This document shows positions 18,144 to 28,004 of a DNA stretch of 64,000 nucleotides, one piece after another. Each line of letters starts with the position of its first letter. The first letter of the stretch is position 1. The notes beneath the pieces are model-generated. The model was not told the origin of the DNA, ran no database searches, and saw nothing but the letters and a program-made list of their open reading frames with translations. The DNA is from an uncultured delta proteobacterium (GTDB lineage Bacteria > Desulfobacterota > Binatia > Binatales > Binataceae), in contig CAWKKB010000014.1 in assembly GCA_963850125.1 (NCBI GenBank), positions 97,284-161,283 of the forward strand, read 5' to 3'. A program made the translations under genes and the position numbers.

Positions 18144-19630
18144 ACAACGATTCGACGGCAAGCCGTCCGCAGCTCACCCTGTCGACCAATATCCTGTACG
18201 GCGTCGGATCGATCGCGTTTGGAGTGCATCAGGTCGTTCTCACCTCCGCCCTCCTGCTGTTCTACAACCAGGTGGTTGGGCTTCCGGCGGCGTGGGTCGG
18301 CGCGGCTATGATGGTGACGCTGATCTTCGATGCGATCTTCGATCCGTTGATTGGGGAATGGTCGGATCACACGCGATCGCGATGGGGCCGGCGCCATCCC
18401 TTCATGTACGCCTCCGCGGTTCCGGCCGCGGTCGCATTCTACTTGCTGTTCGATCCCCCGCTCGGATGGTCGAAGAGCCATCTGCTCATCTACTTCGGCG
18501 TGATGCTGATGACGGTGCGAGTGCTGCTGAGTCTTTATGAAATTCCCAGCTCAGCGCTGGCGCCGGAACTCACTCTCGATTACGACAAGCGCACGAGCCT
18601 GATGAGTTCGCGCTTCTTTTTCGGAACCCTGGGCGGGGCAGCGATCTCGGTGCTCGCGCTCCAGGTCTTCCTGCGCAAGGACGCGACCCATCCGCTCGGC
18701 TTGCTGTCCGCCGCAGGCTACCGCGAAACGGCGGTGGCCTCGAGCATCGCGATTTTCCTGTCAATCATTATTTCGTGCGTCGGCACTCAGCGCTTCATCG
18801 GGACTTTGGTCCACTCCCCGAGAATACGTGCCACCTGGCGGGAAAAGTTCAGAGAGGTCAGCGGCACGCTGACCAATCGGTCGTTTCTCGCGCTGACGGT
18901 TTCGGGAATAGTCGGCGCGATTTCAGCCGGTCTGAGGCAGGGGCTCGACTTCTACATCTCGGCGTATTTCTTTGAGCTAACGCCCGCCCAAATGTCGTAC
19001 CTTGCCGCCTCCGCGCTCCTCGCAGCCTTTGTCGGCGTTGGTCTGGCGCCCGCAATCTCGAAGCGCTACGGAAAGAAGTGGACCATGATCGGCGTCTTTT
19101 TCGCCTCGCTGTTCGCGTCAGTCGCGCCCATCGCGATGCGCCTGCTCGGGTTCCTGCCACCCAACGGCACCGGCGCGTTGTTCGCGATCGTGCTCATCTT
19201 CCAATTCTTCGCGGCGACGCTCGGGCTCAGTGGATTCATCATCGTAAGCTCGATGATGGCCGACGTGGTTGAAGACGCTGCGGTCTCGACCGGACAACGC
19301 TCGGAAGGCCTGCTGTTCGCGGCCAACGGCCTCATCTCGAAATGCGTCACTGGTGTCGGCACCTTCGTTTCGGGACTCATGCTGGCATGGGTCAGCTTTC
19401 CGCAGCATGCGACCCCGGGCCAGGTGGACCCGGCGATCCTGCGTCACCTCGGCCTCGTCTTCGTTCCGATAGTCACGACGTTCAGTGCGATTTCGATCGT
19501 GGTCCTGATATTTTACGACATCGACCGCTCGACCCATCAGAAAAATATAGAGCAACTGGAAAGCGTTGATGAGCCCGACTCAGACGCAGTCCTGGTTCCG
19601 CGCGCAAGCCAGGGTTCCCGCATCACCTGA
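18113..19630 (+). CDS. MFS transporter, glycoside-pentoside-hexuronide (GPH) cation symporter family
   Basis: LYGVGSIAFGV...LLLFYNQVVGLPAAWVGAAMMVTLIFDAIFDPLIGEWSDHTRSRWGRRHPFM is the GPH signature. GTG 18140 (GTGA overlap with the SDR stop) is a plausible alternative start. Confidence 0.85.
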   Translation: MLGARRTFVVNNDSTASRPQLTLSTNILYGVGSIAFGVHQVVLTSALLLFYNQVVGLPAAWVGAAMMVTLIFDAIFDPLIGEWSDHTRSRWGRRHPFMYASAVPAAVAFYLLFDPPLGWSKSHLLIYFGVMLMTVRVLLSLYEIPSSALAPELTLDYDKRTSLMSSRFFFGTLGGAAISVLALQVFLRKDATHPLGLLSAAGYRETAVASSIAIFLSIIISCVGTQRFIGTLVHSPRIRATWREKFREVSGTLTNRSFLALTVSGIVGAISAGLRQGLDFYISAYFFELTPAQMSYLAASALLAAFVGVGLAPAISKRYGKKWTMIGVFFASLFASVAPIAMRLLGFLPPNGTGALFAIVLIFQFFAATLGLSGFIIVSSMMADVVEDAAVSTGQRSEGLLFAANGLISKCVTGVGTFVSGLMLAWVSFPQHATPGQVDPAILRHLGLVFVPIVTTFSAISIVVLIFYDIDRSTHQKNIEQLESVDEPDSDAVLVPRASQGSRIT

Positions 19631-19646
19631 GCACGCCTCGAATCGT

Positions 19647-19686
19647 AACCTCACCCCTAACCCCTCTCCCTTCTGGAGAGGGGAAC
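19647..19686 (-). repeat. Family B hairpin + TTAGGGGTNAGGTT element, inverted orientation, between convergent genes
   Basis: The reverse complement reads gttcccctctccAGAAgggagaggggttaggggtgaggtt. It sits between the MFS stop (19630) and the M20 stop (19710). Confidence 0.6.
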
Positions 19687-19709
19687 AAAGGGAACCGGAC
19701 TCCGTTGAC

Positions 19710-20873
19710 TTAGCTTTCTTTGCGGGCTTCGAATTCCTTTTTTGCTGCTGCTAGCAGGTCCGGCTCTGCGATCAGATCGTACGCCGTCATCGCCATTGCT
19801 TTTGCCACGCGGATCATCTCGTCGTAGCCGCGCTTCGAGTCGGCGTGCGCGACGAATGCATCCTCGTGGCAATTGCCTTCGCCGTGGCGCGCGATCGCGA
19901 ACGACGGATGTATCGCGGGCATCACGTGACTGACGTCGCCCATGTCGGTGCTGCCAGTGGGGGTGTTCTCCGGCGCCTCGACCGATTTTGTCCCGAGCGC
20001 CTCACTATGCGCCGCGTATCGATGCGCCATGCTGAGATTGTTGATCAGGTTTTTGTAGCCGCCTTCGACCTCGTGCTCGACGCGCGTTCCGGTCGCCATC
20101 GCGGCGGCCTCGGCGCATCGGATCACCCGCGCGCCGATCTCTTTGGCGTACTTGCTCGACTTGGCGCGCGCCAAAAACAGGCACTCGGTCCGTTCCGGAA
20201 TGATATTCACCGCCTGCCCGCCGTCGGTGATGATGCCGTGGATGCGCGAGCCGTCGCGCAGATGCAGCCGCATCGCATCGACGCTCTGGAAAGTCTGGAT
20301 CACCGCGGCCAGCGCGCTCGATCCGTCCCACGGCGCCAGCGCCGCGTGCGCGCCGTGGCCATGAAACGTCAGCTTGAGATGCTGCGTCGCAAGCGCGGGC
20401 ATCGTGCAGAATTCCGCGTCAGTCGGATGCGCCATCATGGCCGCATCGACGCCGCGCAGCGCGCCCTTGTCGATCAGGATAATCTTTCCGCCGCCGCCTT
20501 CCTCGGCCGGCGTGCCGAGGAAAACCACTCGCCCCGGCAAACTCGCGATGCTCTTCAAACCCGCGACCGCGCTGAGCGCGGCGCCGGCGATCAGGTTATG
20601 CCCGCATGAATGGCCGTTGGGGAGAGCGTCATACTCGGCGAGAATCGCGACGGTTGGACCCTTGCCGCCGAACTCCGCACGAAACGCCGTCGGGAGCCCG
20701 CCGACTTCGCGATCGACCTCGAGCCCCAACTCGCTGGCAGCCTTGGTCAGGACGCCGGCGGCGAAAACTTCCTGGAACTTGAGCTCGGGATGCTCGTGTA
20801 TCTCGTGGCTGAGCGCGACCACCTTGTCGCGATAGTTATCGATCGCGCGGGCTATTTCTGCGTGGGCGTCCAT
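19710..20873 (-). CDS. M20-family metallohydrolase (AbgB / amidohydrolase-like)
   Basis: From Met at 20873: MDAHAEIARAID...HEHPELKFQE...AEYDALPNGHSCGHNLIAGA, the M20 metal-binding pattern. Confidence 0.85.
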   Translation of the reverse strand: MDAHAEIARAIDNYRDKVVALSHEIHEHPELKFQEVFAAGVLTKAASELGLEVDREVGGLPTAFRAEFGGKGPTVAILAEYDALPNGHSCGHNLIAGAALSAVAGLKSIASLPGRVVFLGTPAEEGGGGKIILIDKGALRGVDAAMMAHPTDAEFCTMPALATQHLKLTFHGHGAHAALAPWDGSSALAAVIQTFQSVDAMRLHLRDGSRIHGIITDGGQAVNIIPERTECLFLARAKSSKYAKEIGARVIRCAEAAAMATGTRVEHEVEGGYKNLINNLSMAHRYAAHSEALGTKSVEAPENTPTGSTDMGDVSHVMPAIHPSFAIARHGEGNCHEDAFVAHADSKRGYDEMIRVAKAMAMTAYDLIAEPDLLAAAKKEFEARKES

Positions 20874-20992
20874 CGCTGTGCTCCTCTTGATGCAGATAGC
20901 AATGTGAGTAGCATCGCCCGCACGGACTATCCAACCCCACTCACCAACAAGATCCCCCACATTGCTCTAGCAGTGCGGCAGGCCGCCGTCAG

Positions 20993-21198
20993 TGGGGCGG
21001 GCCGCAGTGCCCGCCGTCTTTGTGTCATCTCGGACCCAAGCGAAGGACCCGGACGCGAGCCTCTCGATCTATCGAAAGGCTCAAGATTGATTATTCGGCA
21101 CTCCGTACTCTTGTCGCCATGTCATTCAGAGCCCTGCGAAGAATCCCGCGTCCTTCGCCCTCCGGTTCGGTCGGCGGCGGGCACGGCGGCCCGCCCCA
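20993..21198. repeat. About 206-bp element bounded by 24-bp inverted repeats (MITE-like or long-stem structure), carrying two family C motifs
   Basis: tggggcgggccgcagtgcccgccg (20993-21016) matches the reverse complement of cggcgggcacggcggcccgcccca (21175-21198) at 23 of 24 positions. Inside are gtcatctcggacccaagcgaaggaccc (21024-21050) and gtcattcagagccctgcgaagaatccc (21121-21147). Confidence 0.5.
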
Positions 21199-21241
21199 TT
21201 AGTAGGAATCTCTCGAGTCTGAAGTGGCTTTTCACTATCTA

Positions 21242-22465
21242 CTATGGGCGGACGCGGGTTGCGGGCTGGATCGACATCTCGGGCACCGGCTCGCCCTTTT
21301 CGACTTTGTGCTGCGCGTAGTCCTGCATCGCGGTTAGGATTCCCGCGACCGCCTTGCCGAACATCAGGTCGCGATTTTCGCGCGCCCAGTCGTTCGAGTA
21401 CTTGACGCCCTCTGCCGCCTGACCCTGGAACTGCGGCGCGACGTAGCGCGCGAACAGTTCGTACGAGTGCAGTGTCTTCTCGCGCGTGGTCCATTCGTGC
21501 GCGAGGCCGAGGATACCGCCGAAGCCGCCGGTCGCCTGCTGCAGTTCCTTGATCCTCGCGATCGCGTCGTCGGGCGTTCCCACGATGATACCGCCGCGCC
21601 CGTTCATCCGATCGATGTTCATCTCCTCGACCGGCTGATTCGGATATTCCTCGAACTGGACGCGCGTGCCGAGCGTGTCGATAAAATATTCGCGAATCCA
21701 CGAGTTGGCGCCGTCGCGAATATCGTTCATCGCCTGCTCACGCGTCTCCGCGAGATGAATCGGGAAGACCATCTGCCAGTTCTTGCGATCGACCGTCTTG
21801 CCATTCTCGGCCGCCGACTCTTCCGCCATTGCCCATCGCTTCATCAGATCGTCAAGGCCGCCCGGTGCGTACGATGCGACCGACAGCACGCCGCATCCGA
21901 GTTGTCCCGCCGCGACCATTCCCGACGGCGAGACGGTGCTCGCGACGAAAATCGGCATGTGCGGCTGCTGGAACGGTTTCACCTGCAGGTGCGCGTCGAC
22001 CAGCTTGAAGTACGATCCGTCGATCGAAATCCTGCCTTCTTCATTGAACAGCCGAAGGATCGCGCTGACGCCCTCGACCATCCGCTTGCGCTGCGTGGTC
22101 GAATCTATCCCCAGCATGTGCGCGTCGGCGGCCAGCGCGCCGGGACCGCATCCAAGCATCACGCGTCCGCGCGTCAGATGGTCGAGCAGGGCGAAGCGGT
22201 TGGCGACGTGGAAAGGGTGATGATACGGGATGCTGACTACGCCGGAGCCCAGCATGATATGCCGGGTCCGCGCCGCGGCAACCGCCATGAAAATTTCGGG
22301 CGACGAGATTATTTCCCATCCCGACGAATGATGCTCGCCGATGAACGCCTCTTCGTAGCCGAGCTCGTCGAGCCATTCGATCAGCTGCATGTCGCGCTCG
22401 AAGCAGAGCGTCGGGTTCTCGCCGACTCGGTGGAATGGGGCCATGAAAATTCCGAACTTCATCAT
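21242..22465 (-). CDS. LLM-class flavin-dependent oxidoreductase (luciferase-like monooxygenase)
   Basis: MMKFGIFMAPFH....ERDMQLIEWLDELGYEEAFIGEHHSS...GSGVVSIPYHHP matches the LLM family N-terminal pattern. Confidence 0.9.
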   Translation of the reverse strand: MMKFGIFMAPFHRVGENPTLCFERDMQLIEWLDELGYEEAFIGEHHSSGWEIISSPEIFMAVAAARTRHIMLGSGVVSIPYHHPFHVANRFALLDHLTRGRVMLGCGPGALAADAHMLGIDSTTQRKRMVEGVSAILRLFNEEGRISIDGSYFKLVDAHLQVKPFQQPHMPIFVASTVSPSGMVAAGQLGCGVLSVASYAPGGLDDLMKRWAMAEESAAENGKTVDRKNWQMVFPIHLAETREQAMNDIRDGANSWIREYFIDTLGTRVQFEEYPNQPVEEMNIDRMNGRGGIIVGTPDDAIARIKELQQATGGFGGILGLAHEWTTREKTLHSYELFARYVAPQFQGQAAEGVKYSNDWARENRDLMFGKAVAGILTAMQDYAQHKVEKGEPVPEMSIQPATRVRP

Positions 22466-22770
22466 TTCTCCTTCGTCGGGCGGGTCTGAAGCGGCGGTCT
22501 GGGGCCACGAGGGTTCATCAGGTTACGACGAAATCAGAACGTGAAACAAGAAAGTGATCCCGCGGCGCTGAACGATTCGGTTGGGCGAGATTAACAATTG
22601 CTAAGGTTTTGCTGGAAAACTCGACGCGCGCGCCTGAAACTTTGCCTGGGCGAATTCGTCAAAGTGTTAAGTGGATCGCGGCTAACGGTCCGGAAAAAGT
22701 CCGGCTTGCTCAAGGCCCGAGCAAATAGGATCATTAATACCAACGCGCGCCGCCCGGCGGAGCGCGCGCA

Positions 22771-24000
22771 TTGCAGATGACAACAACAATTTTTCCAGCC
22801 ATGCGACGCAACCTGATTTCCGCATTCGCGATCATGGTGATCGTGCTGGCGATGATGGTCGGCGGGGTCGAGCCCGCCGCGGCGCAGCTACAACAGGGCT
22901 TGTCGAATTCGCCGCCGCCGGATTCGAATCCGCCACCTGTGGTCGTCATCCCCCACAGTCAGGGCAAGGAAACTTCGACGCTCGAGCTGCCGTCGATGCC
23001 GGCGAAGCAGGGCGCCGACTCGCTCAACATCCCGCCGGCGATGCCGCAAGGCGGTCAATCGCTCGAAGTACCGACGCGCGAGTTGCGCCAGCAGCCGGGT
23101 TACGAACAGGTCACGGTGACGGTGACCGAGCCGAGCGGCACCTACGTCACCGGGTTGCAGAAGAGCGATTTCAAACTTTACATGGACGGGCAGCAGCGCC
23201 CGATAGAATTCTTTCGCCAGGACATCAATACTCCCGTTTCAGTCGGCATCCTGGTGGACACCTCGGGCAGCATGACGCCGAAGATTCCGCAGGCACGCGC
23301 CGCGATCGCGGAGTTTCTGCGCGATCTGAACGATAAGGACGACGTTTTTCTGTTCGCGTTTTCCAGCCATCCGTTCCTGCTCCAGCCGTTCACGATGAAT
23401 CACGATCTCGTGATGCGCCGGCTTGCGTTGCTGCACGCCTACGGGCAGACCGCGTTGTTCGACGTGATCATGCAGGGACTCCAGATGGTGCAACGCGGGC
23501 GCTACGACAAAAAAGCGCTGCTCGTCGTCACCGATGGAATGGACAATACCAGCGCATCGACCGTGAATGACGTCGTCGCGCAGGCACGTCGTATGGGCGT
23601 GCTGGTCTACTCGATCGGAATCGGCGATCCGAACGGCGGAAGCGGCGGAGTTTCGGTCTCGATCGGTCCGTTCGTACTGGGCGGCGACGACATGGAACAC
23701 GTCGATTCCGAGACTCTGCACACGCTCTCGACCGAGACCGGCGCCAAAACCTACATCATCCGCCAGGCCGGAGACGGTGAGGCGCTGCGGCGCGCGTGCG
23801 AGAACATCAGCCTCGAGCTGCGCGAACAATACACCGTCGGGTTTCTCGCGCCTGATCCCAGCGCGGGCGGATACCGCAGTCTGAAAGTCGATGTTCCCGG
23901 CAAGCCGGGCGCCGACGTCCGCGTGCGCAAGGGCATCGAAATCGGTTCGTCAGGTTCGTCGCCGTCTGGCGCGGATCCGTCGTTCGCCGGCGTACCCTGA
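22771..24000 (+). CDS. VWA-domain protein (resembles the acidobacterial-type VWFA family, TIGR03436)
   Basis: Signal/TM segment, then the MIDAS region VSVGILVDTSGSM and LLVVTDGMDNTS. The C-terminal YRSLKVDVPG...VRVRKG is typical of that family as I recall it. Confidence 0.8.
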   Translation: MQMTTTIFPAMRRNLISAFAIMVIVLAMMVGGVEPAAAQLQQGLSNSPPPDSNPPPVVVIPHSQGKETSTLELPSMPAKQGADSLNIPPAMPQGGQSLEVPTRELRQQPGYEQVTVTVTEPSGTYVTGLQKSDFKLYMDGQQRPIEFFRQDINTPVSVGILVDTSGSMTPKIPQARAAIAEFLRDLNDKDDVFLFAFSSHPFLLQPFTMNHDLVMRRLALLHAYGQTALFDVIMQGLQMVQRGRYDKKALLVVTDGMDNTSASTVNDVVAQARRMGVLVYSIGIGDPNGGSGGVSVSIGPFVLGGDDMEHVDSETLHTLSTETGAKTYIIRQAGDGEALRRACENISLELREQYTVGFLAPDPSAGGYRSLKVDVPGKPGADVRVRKGIEIGSSGSSPSGADPSFAGVP

Positions 24001-24039
24001 TCGATCCAGTTCGGCGGTTGGCATCGCACCGCTCCTGGG

Positions 24040-24681
24040 TTACTCGCGCTTCGATGTAAACGGCGAGGCGAAGGCCCGATCTGGATCAGGCAACAGGTTC
24101 AGGAATTTCATTTCGGCGAAATCCCCGATCAGCTGAAAACCGGAGAACGCCGCGTTGTCCACCCGGATTCGCCGGAAATGCGCGAGCTCGAGCCGCATGA
24201 AATGGCACAAGATGGTGCGGATGATGTCGCCGTGCGAGACGAACAGGATGCGCCGCCCGCTGTTCTCGCCGATCGCGCGCCGCACCGCCTCGACCCCTCG
24301 CGATTGCACCTGTGCGATCGTCTCACCGCCGGGGGTCGGCTCGTCGAGCGGATGGTCGCGATAGGCCAGGTAGTCGGCATCCTCGACCAGGTCGTCGTAC
24401 ACCATCCCTTCCCATCGCCCGTACCGGACTTCCGATAGCTGCGGGTCTTCGGCGATCGGGACGCCGCCGACGCCAGCCGCGATTATCTCCGCCGACTGCC
24501 GCGCGCGCGCGAGCGGACTCGTGACGATTAACTCCGGCTGGAGCAACCGCGCGAAGGGGACCGAGGCTTCGACCTGCGCGCGGCCTTCAGCATCGAGTTC
24601 GATTGGATTGCGGCCCATCACGCGGCCTTCGCGATTCCACGCGGTCTCGCCGTGGCGCATAAAGAGCGCGATTCCTCTCAT
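24040..24681 (-). CDS. Histidine phosphatase family protein (phosphoglycerate mutase-like)
   Basis: From Met at 24681: MRGIALFMRHGETAWN (RHGE motif), SPLARARQSAE, FVSHGDIIR. aaaggtgg lies upstream of the ATG. Confidence 0.85.
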   Translation of the reverse strand: MRGIALFMRHGETAWNREGRVMGRNPIELDAEGRAQVEASVPFARLLQPELIVTSPLARARQSAEIIAAGVGGVPIAEDPQLSEVRYGRWEGMVYDDLVEDADYLAYRDHPLDEPTPGGETIAQVQSRGVEAVRRAIGENSGRRILFVSHGDIIRTILCHFMRLELAHFRRIRVDNAAFSGFQLIGDFAEMKFLNLLPDPDRAFASPFTSKRE

Positions 24682-24843
24682 CCCGTTGCCACCTTTCATT
24701 TTATCCGCCACGTAAAACGGTCCCAGTGCCATCAAATCGCCTCGGTAATGAAATGCCAGCCTAAAAAAAGCGGCGGGCCATCGCTCATGCGTGCCCGCCG
24801 CAATCAAACCAGATTCCAGGCTGTCGAGACCAGCCCGCGAGGG

Positions 24844-26079
24844 TTAACGCGCCGACGCCGTCGCGCTCGTGTGCGCGGTTGGTTCCGCATGCGCGGTGCC
24901 GTTGGCAGGCGCGCCAAAACCGCAGAATGCTTCGTAGTCGATCAGCGAAGTTTGGGTAGGATGCTCGCTGCAGACGGGGCATTTCGGATCTTTGCGGATT
25001 TTCAAAATCCGCACGTAGTCCTTGTCCGACAGCGTGTCGAAGTAGACCATCTTGCCAATCAGTGGCGTGCCCGCGCCGATGATCAGCTTGATCGCTTCGA
25101 GCGCCTCGATCGATCCGATGAGCCCCGGAATCGCGCCGAGCACTCCGGCCTCCGCGCACGACGGCGCCATGTCGGGCGGCGCCGGCTCCGGATACAGACA
25201 TCGATAGCAGGGCCCGCCTTTGGCCGGATAGAAGACCGTGGTGTTGCCCTCGAAACGGAAAATCGCGCCGTCGACCAGCGGCTTCTTCGAGAACACGCAC
25301 GCGTCGTTGATCAGATATCGGGTCGGGAAATTATCGCCGCAGTTCACGACCACGTCGTAATCCTTGACGATGTCCATCGCGTTCTCGGAGGTGAGCCGCA
25401 CGTCGTGACGAATCACCTTGACGCCAGGATTCAGCGCGTTGATTGCCTTCTGCGCCGACTCGGTCTTCGGCATCCCGACGCGATCGGTGGTGTGAATTAT
25501 CTGGCGTTGGAGATTCGACATGTCGACCACGTCGAAATCAACCAGGCCTATCGTGCCGACTCCCGCCGCCGCGAGGTAGAGCGCCGACGGCGATCCGAGC
25601 GCGCCGGTGCCCAGCAGCAGCACCTTGGCATCGAGCAGTTTCGCCTGTCCCTTCTCGCCGACCTCGGGAATCACGAAATGGCGCGAATAGCGGGTCAGCT
25701 CGTCGGCCGTGAACGCGCGATCCGCAATCCACGGCAGGCCGCGATCCTTCCACGCGCTGAATCCCCCCGTCATGTTGTACACGTTCTCGTAGCCGAGCTC
25801 GCGCAGGGTCCGCGCCGCCAGCAGCGATCGCGTGCCCGACGCGCACTGCAAAATCACGGGGGTTTTGTGATCGGGAACCTTCTCTTCGACTCGGAGCTCA
25901 AGGAATCCGCGCGGAATCGCGACCGCCTGCGGAATATGGCCCTGCCGCCACTCGTCGCTCTCGCGGACGTCGATCAGAACGGTGCCGGCCTGGTCGATCA
26001 TCGCCCGCGCCTCGTCGATACCGATCTGCTTAATCGTCGAGCGTGCTTCGTCGAGAATGTTTTTCGAGGTCTTCGCCAT
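24844..26079 (-). CDS. Rhodanese-ThiF/MoeB-type adenylyltransferase fusion (rhodanese N-terminal)
   Basis: Residues about 20-115 are rhodanese (LIDVRESDEWRQGHIP...ILQCASGTRS). They are followed by RYSRHFVIPEVGEKGQAKL...LLLGTGALGSP...CYRCLYPEPAPP...CAEAGVLG...CPVC, as in MoeB/ThiF. Confidence 0.85.
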   Translation of the reverse strand: MAKTSKNILDEARSTIKQIGIDEARAMIDQAGTVLIDVRESDEWRQGHIPQAVAIPRGFLELRVEEKVPDHKTPVILQCASGTRSLLAARTLRELGYENVYNMTGGFSAWKDRGLPWIADRAFTADELTRYSRHFVIPEVGEKGQAKLLDAKVLLLGTGALGSPSALYLAAAGVGTIGLVDFDVVDMSNLQRQIIHTTDRVGMPKTESAQKAINALNPGVKVIRHDVRLTSENAMDIVKDYDVVVNCGDNFPTRYLINDACVFSKKPLVDGAIFRFEGNTTVFYPAKGGPCYRCLYPEPAPPDMAPSCAEAGVLGAIPGLIGSIEALEAIKLIIGAGTPLIGKMVYFDTLSDKDYVRILKIRKDPKCPVCSEHPTQTSLIDYEAFCGFGAPANGTAHAEPTAHTSATASAR

Positions 26080-26170
26080 AAATTTTCCCGTCAGATCCGT
26101 CCGGCGGATTCAGTTTCAATATACAACTATAACCACATGCGCGAGTCACGGCACGCGGTGCGGCGGCCTG

Positions 26171-26656
26171 CTACCCGCCGATCATTCGATGCGATTCGAC
26201 CAGCGTGCGCATGAAATTGAGCACTTGCGCGGCGTGTCCGCGCGGCGTCACTTCGTGAAAGGCGCGCCGCACGCGAAGCTCGCTGTCGAGCACGAAGGTC
26301 GAGCGCATCGCATACTTACCATTGAGGACGCCGAACGCGGCCGCGAGCTTTCCGTCTTCATCCGCCAGCAGGATGAACGGCAGCGCATGCTTTTCGGCGA
26401 ACGCGCGATGACGCTCGGCCGAGTCCGTGCTGACGCCGACGACGACGCAGTCCAACGCCTGGAACTGTTCGTAACTGTCGCGAAATTCCTTGCCCTCGAC
26501 GGTACACCCCGGCGTGTCGTCCTTCGGGTAGAAATAAACGACGACGTTGTGGCCGCGAAAGTCCCTCAGCCGGCGCATCTCGCCGCGAGCGTCTGGCCGC
26601 GCGATATCGAGCGCCGTCGAAAGATCCGGAATGCCGTTCGCGTCAAACGGCGGCAT
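26171..26656 (-). CDS. bcp: Thioredoxin-dependent peroxiredoxin Bcp (AhpC/TSA family)
   Basis: VVVYFYPKDDTPGCTVEGKEFRD...VVGVSTDS..HRAFAEKHALPF. Start taken at Met 26656, a 14-nt overlap with the thiC end. Confidence 0.85.
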   Translation of the reverse strand: MPPFDANGIPDLSTALDIARPDARGEMRRLRDFRGHNVVVYFYPKDDTPGCTVEGKEFRDSYEQFQALDCVVVGVSTDSAERHRAFAEKHALPFILLADEDGKLAAAFGVLNGKYAMRSTFVLDSELRVRRAFHEVTPRGHAAQVLNFMRTLVESHRMIGG

Positions 26657-27956
26657 GCGCTTCCGCCTCGGCAAGCGATCGCCGCCTGGTGAATTTGATC
26701 GCCGCGTTGTCAATATTGATCGAGCACAGTGATCCGCACATCGTGCAGACGTTGGAACCCGCCGCCTCGCTCTCTTCCTTGTAACGGCGCGCCTTGTCGG
26801 GATCCATCGCCATCGCGTACATGCCTTCCCAGTTGAGCGCCTTGCGGTACCGCGACATCTGATCGTTCCAGACCTTCGCCGCGCGCACGCCCTTCACGAG
26901 GTCGCCCGAATGAGCGGCGATTCGCGTCGCGATCACTCCCTCGCGCACATCGTCGATATCGGGCAGCCGCAGATGCTCGGCCGGGGTGACGTAGCACAGA
27001 AAATCGGTGCCGGCAGCCGACGCGACCGCTCCGCCAATCGCACCGGTGATGTGATCGTAGCCGGGGGCGACGTCGCAGGTGAGCGGCCCCAGCACATAAA
27101 AGGGCGCGCCTCCAGTGACTCGCTTCTCAAGCTTCACGTTGGCCGCGATTTGATCGAGCGGCACATGGCCCGGACCTTCGATCATCACTTGCACGCCCAT
27201 CGCGCGCGCGCGATCGGCCAGCTCGCCCATCATAATCAGCTCCGAGATTTGCCCGCGATCGGTCGCGTCGCCGGTGGCGCCCGGACGCAGTCCGTCGCCG
27301 ATCGAAATCGTCACGTCATGCTCGCGCAGCACCGCGCATACTTTGTCAAAGTGCTCGTAGAGCGGATTCTCGTTGCCGGTGCGCTCGATCCACGACGCCA
27401 GCATCGCGCCGCCGCGCGACACGATTCCCTCGATCCGCTGATGCGCGCGCAGCCGCTTGACGGTCTCGCGCGTGACTCCGCAATGGAGCGTCATGTAATC
27501 GACGCCCTGGCGCGCCTGCCGCTCGATCACGTCGAGAAAGTACTCGACCTCCATCTCCATGATCGAGCGCTCCGAGCCGAGCTGGTAGATAGGTACCGTG
27601 CCGAGCATCACCGAGCATCGCGAAAGAAGCTCGACGCGGATTTTGTCGAGGTCGGTGCCGGTCGAAAGATCCATCACGGAGTCGGCGCCGTAGCGGACCG
27701 CGGTGTAAAGCTTCTCGACTTCCTCTTCGACAAGTTGATGGAAGTTCGAGGCGCCGATGTTGGCGTTGACCTTGGTCCGCAGGCCCTTGCCGATTCCGAT
27801 TGCCCTGAAATCGTGATGGAGGTTGTGCGGGATCACGACCTCGCCGGTTGCGACCAGCGCGCGAATTTCCTCGGGCGAGAAACCTTCGTCCTCGGCAACT
27901 TCGGTCATCTGCCGGGTAATAATATTTTTGCGGGCAGCTTCAATCTGCGTCATCAC
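26643..27956 (-). CDS. thiC: Phosphomethylpyrimidine synthase ThiC
   Basis: Full-length match to the ThiC pattern: TKVNANIGAS, GADSVMDLSTG, TVPIYQ, VDYMTLHCG, and the C-terminal CTMCGSLCS cluster. Confidence 0.95.
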   Translation of the reverse strand: MMTQIEAARKNIITRQMTEVAEDEGFSPEEIRALVATGEVVIPHNLHHDFRAIGIGKGLRTKVNANIGASNFHQLVEEEVEKLYTAVRYGADSVMDLSTGTDLDKIRVELLSRCSVMLGTVPIYQLGSERSIMEMEVEYFLDVIERQARQGVDYMTLHCGVTRETVKRLRAHQRIEGIVSRGGAMLASWIERTGNENPLYEHFDKVCAVLREHDVTISIGDGLRPGATGDATDRGQISELIMMGELADRARAMGVQVMIEGPGHVPLDQIAANVKLEKRVTGGAPFYVLGPLTCDVAPGYDHITGAIGGAVASAAGTDFLCYVTPAEHLRLPDIDDVREGVIATRIAAHSGDLVKGVRAAKVWNDQMSRYRKALNWEGMYAMAMDPDKARRYKEESEAAGSNVCTMCGSLCSINIDNAAIKFTRRRSLAEAEAHAAV

Positions 27957-28004
27957 GTCACCTCTGCGGCCGTCAAGCGCACGGCCCTGAGTGTTAAGTA
28001 TAGC

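Noticed and set aside
22490-22770. 280-bp lower-GC leader before the VWA gene, with small hairpins (ttgctc/gagcaa; gcgcgc...gcgcgc) and a 60-aa ORF (22598..22780).
   Set aside because: There is no recognisable riboswitch or sRNA motif, and the ORF product looks non-coding. I left it unannotated; it could still be a long regulated 5' UTR.
24652-26214. Very long ORFs antisense to confidently assigned genes. Examples: 24652..26214 (+), 26910..28289 (+), 31112..33019 (-), 33016..34143 (-), 43916..45163 (-), 49073..50029 (-), 50131..51195 (-), 5280..6224 (+).
   Set aside because: Their products are Arg/Ala/Pro-rich with no motifs, and each lies opposite a gene with a clear family signature. These are typical shadow ORFs of GC-rich DNA.
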